The position numbers and the translations under genes are program-made. Source: Squalus acanthias (taxonomy: Eukaryota). Taken from it: a DNA stretch of 64,000 nt. Below the pieces are notes generated by a model. That model ran no database searches, was not told the DNA's origin, and worked only from the letters and a program-made list of their open reading frames with translations. This document shows, in pieces, positions 39,958 to 50,679 of the stretch (within the stretch, counting starts at the first letter, position 1; each line of letters opens with the position of its first letter). The stretch lies in contig CM059432.1 of assembly GCA_030390025.1 (NCBI GenBank), positions 57,600,001 to 57,664,000 of the forward strand, given 5' to 3'.

Positions 39958-40535
39958 AGGTGACATCAGGGAAAAATAGAAGAAAGTTAAAGCTAAAGGC
40001 GCTATATCTGAATGCACGAAGCATTCGCAACAAAATATTAATAGCTCAGATCAAAATAAATGGGTTTGATCTAATCGTCATTCGGGAGACGTGATTGCAG
40101 AGTGACCAAGGTTGGGAACGAAATATTCCAGGATACTTGACTTTTAGAAAAGATAGGCAGAATGGAAAAGGAGGGGGTGTAGCCCTGATAATAAAGGATG
40201 GATAAAGACAATAGAGAGAAAGGATCTTAGCTAGGAAAAACAAGATGTAGAATCACTTTGGGTAGAGCTAAGAAACAACAAGGGACAGAAAACACTGGTG
40301 GGAGTAGTTCGTAGGCCCCCTAATAGTAGGTGTAGTGTCGGGCAGAGTATAAATCAGGAAATTAGAGGTGCATGTAACAAGGGTAATACAGTAATTATGG
40401 GGTCTTTTTTTTCATATAGACTGGGCAAACCAAATTTGCAGTGATAGCGCAGAGGACGAGTTCATGGAATGCATTCAAGATAGTTTTCTAGATCAGTAAG
40501 TCAAGGAACCAACCAAGGACCTGGTTATTTTAGAT
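39958..40535 (+). mobile_element. CR1 ORF2 endonuclease fragment, decayed
   Basis: KLKALYLNARSIRNK, RKDRQNGKGGGVAL, VELRNNKGQKTLVGV and EPTKDLVILD. Confidence 0.88.
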
Positions 40536-41205
40536 ATAAAAATAGAAAATGCTGGAAATGCTCAGCAGGTCAGGCAGCATCTGTGGAGAGAGAAACAGAG
40601 TTAACGTTTCAGGTCGATGACCTTTCGTCAGAACTGGAAAAAGTTAGAGATGTAACAGATTTTAAGCAAGTGTAGGGGCAGGGAAATGGGGGAGGGGAAG
40701 GAAGAACAAAAAGCGAAGGTCTGTGATAGGGTGGAAGGCAGGAGTGATTAAATGACAAAAGGGATGATTGTACAAAGCAAAAGGAGATGTTAATGGGACA
40801 AGTAAAGAAACAAAAGATGGGTCTAGAAGTGGTGTCAATGGGAATATCAGAATCATCAACAGCTGCCGTCTGGAAAAATTGGGAGCAGAGGTTATGGTCT
40901 GAAATTGTTGAACTCGATATTGAGTGTAGAAGGCTGTAAAGTGCCTAATCGAAAGATGAGGTGCTGTTCTTCGAGCTTACGTTGAGCTTCATTGGAACAG
41001 TGTAAGAGACCGAAGACAGAGAGGTCCGAGTGGGAGTGGAGAATTAAAGTGACAGGCAACCGGAAGCTTGGGGCCACACTTGAGGACTGAATGGAGGTGT
41101 TCCACAAAGCGGTCACCCAATCTGCGTTTGGTCTCCCCAAATTAAAGGAGACCACATCGTGAGCAGCGAACACAGTATACTAAATTGTAAGAAGTACAAG
41201 TAAGT
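40536..41205 (-). mobile_element. PLE GIY-YIG C-terminus + 3' end
   Basis: CTSYNLVYCVRCSRCGLL...HSHSDLSVFGLLHCSNEAQRKLEEQHLIFRLGTLQP. Confidence 0.92.
40599..40635 (-). ncRNA. Minimal type I hammerhead ribozyme motif, best-preserved copy of PLE family 2
   Basis: Minus strand reads AGTT-CTGACGA-A-AGGTC(ATC)GACCT-GAA-ACGT-T-AACT, with stem I AGTT/AACT and palindromic ACGT. Confidence 0.8.
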
Positions 41206-41219
41206 AAGCACAAGTAAAT

Positions 41220-41970
41220 TAAGTACTCTAGCTGTGGCCTAACTAGTGTTTTATACAGTTCAAGCATAACCTCCCTGCTCTTATATTCTATGCCTTGGCT
41301 AATAAAGGAAAGTATCCCGTATGCCTTCTTAACAACTTTATCTACCTGTCCTGCTACCTTCAGGGATCTTTGGACATGCACTTCAAGGTCTCTCTGTTCC
41401 TCTACATTTCTCAGTATCCTACCATTTATTGTGTATTCCCTTGCCTTGCTAGCCCTCCCCAAATGCATTACCTCACTCTTCTCCAGATTGAATTCCATTT
41501 GCCACTTTTCTACCCACTTGACCAGTCCATTGATATCTTCCTGCAGTCTACAGCTTTCTTCCTCACTATCAACCACATGGTCAATTTTTGTATCATCTGA
41601 AAACTTTTAATCATGCCCCTACATTGAAGCCTAAATCATTGATATATACCACAAAAAGCAAGGGACCTCGTCCTGAGCCCTGCGGGACCCCTCTGGAAAC
41701 TGCCTTCCAGTCACAAAAACACCAGTCGACCATTACCCTTTGCTTCCTGCCACTGAGCCAATTTTGGATCCAACTTGCCACTTTCCCTTAGATCCCATGG
41801 GCTTTTACTTTTCTGACCAACCTGCCATGTGGAACCTTGTCAAAAGCCTTGCTGAAATCCATGTAGACTACCTTTCCTTAACAAATCCATGCTGACTGTC
41901 CTGGATTAATCCGTGCCTTTCTAAATGACGATTAACACTGTCCCTCAGAATTTTTTCCAATAATTTTCCA
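41220..41970 (-). mobile_element. CR1 RT fragment
   Basis: LQEDINGLVKWVEKWQMEFN...ELYKTLVRPQLEY. Confidence 0.9.
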
Positions 41971-41984
41971 ATAATAGGCTGAGA

Positions 41985-42378
41985 AAGAAGGAACTTGCAT
42001 TTATGTAGTGCCTTTCACGACCTTGGGATGTCCAAAGCGCTTTACAGCCAATGAAGTACTTTTTTGAAGTGTAGTCACTGTTGTAATGAATTTGTGCACA
42101 GCAAGCTCCCACAAACAGCAGATAACCTGAGTACTGCCCCTCCGACAGTGCAGCACTCTCTCAGTACTGCCCCGCGACAGTGCCGCTCTCCCTCAGTACT
42201 GCCCCTTTGACAGTGCAGCACTCCTTCAGTACTGCCCCTTCGACAGTGCAACACTCCCTCAGTACTGCACTGGAGTGTCAGCCTAGATTTTTGTGCTCAA
42301 GTCTCTGAAGTGGGACATGAACGCACAACCTTCTGACTCAGAGGCGAGAGTGCTACCCACTGAACCACGACTGACACT
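41985..42378 (-). mobile_element. Deu-core SINE with an internal 4x ~32-bp tandem amplification
   Basis: CAGTACTGCCCCTCCGACAGTGCAGCACTCCCT-like unit repeated at 42129-42266. SINE head and tail both present. Confidence 0.85.
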
Positions 42379-42588
42379 TTTCACAAGAGAAATCATTTTT
42401 ATTTGACTGGGATTGAAGATTATTGATATGAACCAATCAAATCAGTTGGAGGGCAGGCCTGCAGCTTATCAGAACCAATCAAACTGGTTGTCGGGTGGGA
42501 CTTTGTCTCTCAAAGCAAGTCAGATTGGCTGCAGGATGGGATTGGAGTCTGTCAAATTAATCAATCAATCAATCAATACCTTCTCTTA

Positions 42589-45500
42589 GGCTGCGATTTT
42601 ATCGGCACTGAGAGGGCGTGTTTGGAGGCGGGTCAAGGGTCAAAATAGTTTTGATTGATGGCGGGGTCCGATCCTGCCGTCAACCCGCCTCCAAACAATT
42701 TTCCCAAGTGTCAGGTCCCCGGTTTGCGCATGGACCCGACACCTAGCGGCGGGAAGAGGATTAAAGTCACTTACCTTCCTGTTAACAGGTACTTGATAGT
42801 TGTTAACGGGCTCTTTTTCAATTTTGCCGCTTCTGGCTCGGGTTTCCCGATGTCCGAACACCACGCCAGGTAAGTGTGGCATGTTGTGAGTCTGCTGTAG
42901 TGTTTCTGCATTGATGACAACTGCAGAAGTGGGGTGAAGGATCCAATGGTGCACTGGTGAGTTTCAGAGGTAAGCAAATGTTGGGAAAATAATTTTTAAT
43001 GCTTTTACACTTTTCTGTAGGTAAAAAGTTTTGAAATCGATGTCTAGTCCCACCTCATTGGGAGAACCTCTCTCACTAGTGACAGATCGCTTCTGTAACC
43101 TCACCTGCAGCTGCCATCTGTTCCAGCCTATGGAGGGAGTGTGTGTGCTAGGCCGATGTAGCAGAGCCTGGTCTCCAATCGTCTTGGATCCCCTTGCCAT
43201 TGGACCAAGACCTTGCTCTGTCAAGCCCCTGTGGTAGCTGGTGGGCAACGGCCACCCCACATTAAAAGAATTCACGCACAGGCATCTTCCACCCTTTAAA
43301 ATGAAGTTCGGGACCTGGAACATCAGGACCCTCATGGACAACCCCAACAGTGACAGACCTGAACGCTGCACTGCTATCATTGCCCGAGAGCTCAGACGTT
43401 TCGACATAGACATCGCCGCCCTAAGTGAGACCCGGTGGGCTACACCTTCTTCTGGAAAGGCAAACCTGAAGAAGAATGGCCGACTCCATGGGGTAGGCTT
43501 CGCCATAAAAAATGAGCTAGTTAAACGTCTCAGAGACTCCCCTTGTGGAATAAACGAACGCCTCATAACTCTACAGCTCACCCTAGCCCGGAACCAGTGC
43601 GCTACAGTCATCAGTGTGTACGCCACAACACTGGAAGCCACAGACGAGACCAAAGAGGAATTCTACTCCAGCCTCGAACAATCCCTGTCCCGAGGCCCAA
43701 TGGGCGACAAGCTGATCCTCCTTGGTGACTTCAACGCCAGAGTTGGAAAGGACACAGACCACTGGGGAGGTGTTATCGGCAGAGAGGGGGTAGGGAAAGC
43801 CAACTCCAACGGTACCCTCCTCCTGACGAAATGCTTAGAACATGGCCTTGTCATAACCAACACCTTGTTCCGTCAGAGAGACAAGTACAAGGCTTCATGG
43901 CAACACCCTCGCTCCAAGCACTGGCATCTGCTGGACTACGTTATCATCCGAGCGAGGGACCGCAAGGACGTCCGCATCACCCGCGCCATGACAGGAGCTG
44001 ATGACTGCTGGACAGACCACCACCTAATCTGCTCTTTCATCTCCATCAACGTAGCCCTAAAACAGCGGCAGCAACAGAAGCAATGCTGCAGGAAAATCAA
44101 CGCTGGAGCACTCAAAGACCCTGCTAAGAAAGCCCTATTCAGCCTGCGCCTCACAATCAACCTGACGACTCCCAGTGATTCAGAGACACAGAGTGTCCAC
44201 AGCGCCTGGTCTGCACTCAAGGCCTCCATAATCAGCACCTGTGAAGAGACGCTCGGTCACTCGACCAGGAAACACCAAGACTGGTTCGACGAGAACGACC
44301 AGGAGATCCAGGAGCTAATAAGCCGCAAGCACAAGGCATTCCTGATCTGGAAACAGCAACAGAACTTGAGAGCAAGAAAGCAGCTCTACAGACGCCTGAA
44401 GGCCGAGGTCCAACAAAAAACTCGCGACCTAAAGAACAGATGGTGGGTGGAGAAAGCGCAGGAGATCCAGCAGCTAGCCGACAACCACGACGTGCGTGGA
44501 TTCTTTAGCACAGTCAAGACCACCTACGGCCCAAGCACCCAAGGTCCCTATCCCACTGCGGGCCAAGAACGGAGAGGTACTCATCAAGGACAGAGAGGCA
44601 GTCAGTGCCTGCTGGAAGGAGCACTTCGAAGATCTCTTTAACCGAGACTCTATCTTAGACGCAAGTGTCCTCAACTCCATCCCGCAGCACGCTACCCACC
44701 ACCACCTCAACACAACCTCAGCCCGGCATGAGGTTGAAAAGGCCATCCGACAACTGAAGAACAACAAGGCCTCAGGAGCAGATGGAATCCCCACCGAGGC
44801 GCTAAAACGTGGCGGAGAAGCACTATTGGTGCGAATACATGAACTCATTTCTCTTATTTGGAAGGAGGAGAGCATGCCAGGGGATCTCAGAGATGCCGTA
44901 ATTGTGACCCTCTTCAAGAAAGGTGACAAGTCCGATTGAGGTAATTACAGAGGAGTCTCCCTGCTGTCTGCCACAGGGAAAGTCATTGCAAGAATCCTCC
45001 TCAATCACCTTCTCCCAGTGGCTGAAGAGCTCCTCCCAGAGTCGCAATGCGGATTCTGCCCACTAAGGGGCACAATGGACATGATCTTCACTGCGCGTCA
45101 ACTGCAAGAGAAATGCAGGGAACAGCACCAACCGCTGTACATGGCCTTCTTTGACCTCACAAAGGCCTTCAACACCGTCAACCATGAGGGATTATGGAGT
45201 GTCCTCCTCAAATTCGGCTGCCCTCAAAAGTTTGTCACCATCCTCCGCCTGCCTCACGACGACATGCAAGCCGTGATCCTGACCAACGGATCCACCACAG
45301 ACCCAATTCACGTACGGACCGGGGTCAAGCAAGGCTGTGTCATCGCACCAACGCTCTTCTCGATCTTCCTGGCTGCAATGCTCCATCTCACCCTCAGTAA
45401 GCTCCCTACTGGAGTGGAGATAATCTACAGAACAAAAGGGAAACTGTTCAACCTCCGTCGCCTCCAGTCCAGATCCAAGGTCGTCCCATCCTCTGTCATC

Positions 45501-46819
45501 GAATTACAGTATGCAGACGACGCTTTGCGTCAGCGCACACAATGAGGCCGAACTCTAAACCATCATCAACACCTTCACCGACGCGTACGAGAGCATGGGC
45601 CTTACACTAAACATCCGTAAGACAAAGGTCCTCTACCAACCTGCCCCCGCCACACAGTACTGCTCCCCGATTATCAAAATCCATGAAGCGGCCTTGGACA
45701 ACGTGGACCACTTTCCATACCTCGGGAGCCTACTGTCAACAAGGGTAGAGGCCGATGATGAAGTCCAACACCGCCTTCAGTGTGCCAGTGCAGCCTTCGG
45801 TCGCCTGAGGAAGAGAGTGTTTGAAGACCAGGACCTCAAACCCAGCACCAAGTTCATGGTCTACAGAGCAGTAGTGATACCCACCCTCCTGTATGCCTCA
45901 GAGACATGGACCATGCACAACAGGCACCTCAAAGCACTGGAAAGGTACCACCAAGGCTGCCACTGCAAGATCCTGCAAAACCATTGGCAGGATAGGCCCA
46001 CCAACATCAGTGTTCTCGCTCAGGCCAACATCCCCAGCATCGAAGCTTTGACCACGCTCGATCAGCTCCGATGGACGGGCCACATCGTCTGCATGCCCGA
46101 TACGAGACTCCCAAAACAAGTGCTCTACTCGGAGCTCCGACACGACAAGAGAGCCCCAGATGGGCAGAGGAAATGCTTCAAGGACACCCTCAAATCCTCC
46201 TTGAAAAAGTGCAACATCCCCACCGACACCTGGGAATCCCTGGCCCAAGACCGCACAAAGTGGAGGAGAAGCATCCGGGAAGGCACCGAACACCTCGAGT
46301 CTCTTCACCGGGAGCAAGCGGAAGCCAAGCACAAACAGCGGAAGGAGCGCACATCAACCCAAGCACCCCACCCACCCGCCCCTTCAACCACCGCCTGCCC
46401 CACCTGTGACAGAGACTGTAGGTCCCGCATTGGACTCATCAGTCACCTGAGAACTCATTTTTAGAGCGGAAGCAGGTCTTCCTCGGTTCCGAGGGACTGC
46501 CTAAGAGAAGAGGAGGGAGTCTCTGGAGAGCCTGAGTGCAAGAGCTCACCTTTGTACAGTGATTGTCAGTGTTTGCAGCACCTAAATGCAGTCAAACACT
46601 GAGAAATGAGCTGTCAAAGAAAGCTGGCAGATGACGCGCCATCAAATGACGTCATCTGACCGGCTTCCTCTTAATTGGCCGGCAAGCCCGCAGGGCGGGC
46701 TTAACAAGGTCAATCGACGTAAAATCACGTCCGTGGGCCAGATGTAGTTGGGGGCGGGACTGGAAGCCGGAAACCACCTGACCCGCTCCCAACCTGCATC
46801 TATTTACAAAATCGCGGCC
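42589..46819. mobile_element. MITE family C hosting the RTE insertion
   Basis: GGCTGCGATTTT/AAAATCGCGGCC with a TTA TSD on both sides. About 800 bp once the RTE is removed. Confidence 0.85.
43065..46515 (+). mobile_element. RTE-clade LINE, near full length, disabled
   Basis: EN MKFGTWNIRTL, ALSETR, GDFNARVG, TDH. RT GVKQGCVIAP, YADD. C-terminal CPTCDRDCRSRIGLISHLRTH zinc finger. Lesions: frameshift ~44545, stops 44937 and ~45543. Confidence 0.93.
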
Positions 46820-47064
46820 TTAGTGTTGGTTGCACATGAGCCTCAGGAATAACAGTTTTAACATGAGGTGTATTATTTATGTGTTTATCCCTAAATAATT
46901 TATATATAATAAACTGCTAAGTGCAACTTTTAGAAACGTTTTATTTTCCTTTAAACGCACTTTCTGGGGCATGCTTGGCTGCTATCTTATGTGAAGGGTT
47001 ATTTTCTACAAGACTGGTTGCGGCCACATTTTTGAGCTAAAGAGGATGTTTTCTTGTGTAAATG

Positions 47065-47330
47065 TCAACCTCGGGTCGGTGGTAGCATTCTTGCCTCTCA
47101 ATCAGAAGGGTGTGGATTCAAGCCCCATTCCAGAGATTGAGTACATAATCTACGCTAACAAACTGCTGGGGGAGTGCTCCACTGTTTTGAAGTGCTATCT
47201 TTCAGATGAGCTGTTAAACTATCCACACTCAGGTGGGTGTAAAAGATCCTGTGGCACTATTTGAAGAACAGCAAGGGGATTCTCCTGGCGTTCTAGTCAA
47301 TAATTATCCCTCAACCAACATCACTAAAAC
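47065..47330 (+). mobile_element. Deu-core SINE fragment
   Basis: Head GGATTCAAGCCCC and core GTAAAAGATCCTGTGGCACTATTTGAAG. Confidence 0.75.
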
Positions 47331-48090
47331 AAATTCTGGAAACACTCAGCAGGTCAGGAAGCATCGAGGAGAGAGAAACAGAGTCAGTTTCGAGTCGGGG
47401 CCCCTTCGTCAGAACTGGAAAAGGTTAGAGAAGAGAGATTTTTAAGCAGGGGCAGGGAGGAGGGGAGGAAAGAACAAAGGGAAGGTCTGTGATAGGATGG
47501 AAGGCAGGAGAGATTGACTGACAAAAGGGATGATGGTGCAAGGCAAAAGGAGGGATAATGGGACAAGTTAAGAAACAAAAGATGACTCTTGATGAGGTGT
47601 GAATGATGATGCAGCATCATTAACAGCTACCATGTGAGAAAACAAGAGAAAAAAATAAAAAATATAAAGAAATACAGGTTATCGTCTGAAATTGTTGAAC
47701 TCGATGTTAAGTTCAGAAGGCTGTAAAGTGCCTAATAGAAAGATCAGGTGCTGTTCTTCGAGCTTACGTTGAGCTTTGTTGGAACAGTGTAAGAGGCCGA
47801 GGACGGAGAGATCAGAGTGGGAGTGGAGCGGAGAATTAAAGCGACAGGCGACCGGAAGCTCGGGGTCACGCTTGCGGACTGAACGGAGGTGTTCTGCAAA
47901 GTGGTCACCCAATCTGCGTTTGGTCTCCCCAATGTAGAGGAGACCGCATTGTGAGCAACTAATACAATATACTAAATTGCAAGAAGTACAAGTAAATCGC
48001 TGTTTCACCTGGAAGGAGTGTTTGGGGCCCTGAACGGTGGGAAGGGAGGAGGTAAAAGGGCAGGTGTTGCATCTCCCTGTGCTTGCACTT
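47330..48090 (-). mobile_element. PLE GIY-YIG endonuclease + 3' end (degenerate hammerhead 47382-47416)
   Basis: FTCTSCNLVYCISCSQCGLLYIGETKRRLGDHFAEH. Confidence 0.92.
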
Positions 48091-48125
48091 GTACTGTCCC
48101 GTTTCCCGCCCGCCCCCCCCCCCCC

Positions 48126-48918
48126 CCGTGCTCACTGACTTACATTGACTCCCGGTCCAGCAACGCCTCGATTTTAAAATTCTCATCCCTCCATGGACTG
48201 TCCCCTCCCTAGCTCTGTAACCTCCTCCAACCCTACAACCCCAAAATCTCTGCACTCCTCCAATTCTGACCTCTTGAGCATCCCCGATTTTAATCGCTCC
48301 ACTATTGGTGGCCATGACTTTAGCTGCCTGGGCCCTAGGCTCTGGAATTGCCTCCCCAAGCCTCTCCGCTTCTCTACCTCTCTCTCCTCCTTTAAGAAGT
48401 TTTCATGATATTAAGGGGAACTGATAGGGTAGATAGAGAGAACCTATTTCCGCTGGTTGGGGAATCTAGGACAAGGGGACATAGTCTAAAAATTAGAGCC
48501 AGGCCTTTCAAGAGTTAAGTTAGGAAACACTTCTACTCGCAAAGGGTGGTAGAAGTTTGGAACTCTCTTCCGCAAATGGCATTTGATGCTAGGTCAATTG
48601 TTAATTTGAAATCTGAAATTGATAGATTGGTATTAAGGAATATGGGACAAAGGTGGGTATATGGAGTTAGGTCACAGATCAGCCATGATCTCATTGAATG
48701 GCGCAACAGGTTCGAGGGGCTAAATGGCCTATTCCTGTTCCTATGTTCCTATGTAAGACGCTCCTTTAAACCTACCTCTTTGACCAAGCTTTTGGTCACC
48801 TTTCCTAGTATCGTCTTATGTGGCTCAGCGTCAAATTTTGTTTCATAACACTCCTGTAACGTGCCTTGGGACGTTTTACTATGTTAGAGTCGCTACATAA
48901 ATGCAAGTTGTTGTTATT
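48126..48918 (+). mobile_element. L2 3' fragment with nested CR1 3' fragment (48405-48753)
   Basis: L2 motifs VLTDLH*LPVQQRLDFKIL and FSCLGPRLWNCLP, with tail ATAAATGCAAGTTGTTGTT. The CR1 piece has a TTCCTATG tail. Confidence 0.8.
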
Positions 48919-49341
48919 GAGTGCAATGTCACTGTTGGTGCATTTTCAGTGCCTACCTGCTCCATGCAGCTGTAAAATCTGGTGCCTGTCCACTACTAGG
49001 GTAGGGTTGTGCAGACTACTGCCCAGATCCCAGCCATGTCCCCCTTGGCCCATTATGTAAGGAGGCCAATATTTAAAACAAAATGCACTGTTTCTTTTGG
49101 GTTCTAGGCTGTTTCCCTGCCCTGGATACCCCTGCTGGGGCCTGCTTTCACTCAGCTGGAGGCCAATACTCCTCATCTCACTTCTCATGGCAGCCTCAGA
49201 GATACACCGGATCCCAGTTGAGCCAAGTAAACAGGGAATTCCTGGCATAGGAAGTTCCCACCCCCGGCTCCACCCTCCAATTACATTTGTCTTATTCCGG
49301 CTGGCAGAGGTTCCACCAGTTACGAGATATGTTGGAAATGC

Positions 49342-49710
49342 ACTTTACAGCCTTCCGGACTCAACATTGAGTTCAACAATTTCAGATCATAACCACTGTT
49401 CCTATTATTTCCGACAGCGAATGTTGGTGCTGATTCTGCTATTGCCATTTACTTGTCCCATTACTATCCTCTTTTGCCTTGCAACATCATCCCTTCTCTC
49501 TTGCTGTCCCCCCTATCATAGACCTTCCCTTTTGTTCCTTCCTCCCCTTCCCCTGTTCCCTGCCTCTGTACTTGCTTAAAACCTATTACATCTCTAACTT
49601 TTTCCAGTTCTGATAGAAGGTCATTGACCTGAAATGTTAACTCTGTTTTTCTCTCCACAGATGCTGTCTGACCTGCTGAGTATTTCCACCATTTTCTGTT
49701 TTTATTTCCA
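49342..49710 (+). mobile_element. PLE 3' end (hammerhead variant 49606-49642, core altered to CTGATAG)
   Basis: LQPSGLNIEFNNFRS* followed by the same 3' end as 40536-40900. Confidence 0.88.
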
Positions 49711-50307
49711 ATATAGACACGCCTGGTGATGCAAGTTCAGAACCAAGCCAACTCTCTGTGGCAGACTCAGTAATTCAGTACCTGAACTAGGCAGATCCAT
49801 AGTACTTCAGGGCACTGTTTAAATGATCAACCTACCAGCCTGGCTCACTAATAGAACTTGGAGGGCTAGTCCTCTCGGCGGGGTGGTGGGTGGGGGGGGG
49901 GGAGGGGGGGGCGGGGGTGCGCAGGATTCTTCCCATTTTTCTCCAGATAACTCTGCAAGCTAATGTACTAACAGATAGGGTGGTCCTAGGTGGACGAGTA
50001 GTGTGTGTGTGTGTGGGCAGGGAGGTGGGGTCGGGGTTTGGGGGGGTGAGGCAGGGAGGTGGGATCGGGGGTTGGGGGGTGACCTGTTTTCTTGAAGACT
50101 CTTAAACATGGTGATGAGTTTCCAGATCTGTCAGCCATCCGAGTCACCAAAACATTGTCTTGAGCTGTCAGCATTTTGTTTTGAAGCTTTTGGCTAGCTT
50201 AATCTAATTTTCTATGTAGGCATATATGTGCGAACCAATTGTCAAAGTGCCAGTGTATTTCCTCCCCACTCCCACACAATAACAATAATGCCAGTAATAC
50301 TGTTAAA

Positions 50308-50679
50308 GGTACCATAGCATAGTGGTTATGTTACTGGACTAGTAATCCAGAGGCCTGGACTAATGATCCAGAGAGATGAGTTCAAATCTAGTTAATTAAA
50401 TAAATCTGGAATAAAAAGCTAGTATATTAATGAAACTACCGGATGTTGTATAAAACCCATCTGGTTCACTAATGTCCTTTAGGGAAGGAAATCTGCCGTC
50501 CTTACCTGGTTTAGCCTATATGTGACTCCAAACCCAGAGCAATGTGGTTGATTCTTAACTGCCCTCTGCAGTTCAAGAAGGTGGCTCACCACCACCTTCT
50601 TGAGGGCAATTATAGGGATGGGCAATAAATGCTGGCCTTGGCAGCGATGCCCACAACCCATGAACGAATAAAAAAAAAA
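50308..50679 (+). mobile_element. tRNA-derived SINE with LINE-derived 3' tail
   Basis: A-box-like TAGCATAGTGG and B-box-like GAGTTCAAATC. Last ~105 bp match the 3' end of the LINE at 57570-59875. Poly-A end. Confidence 0.85.

Noticed and set aside
50308..50390. tRNA gene
   Set aside because: A/B-box-like motifs are present but I see no cloverleaf; it is a SINE head.
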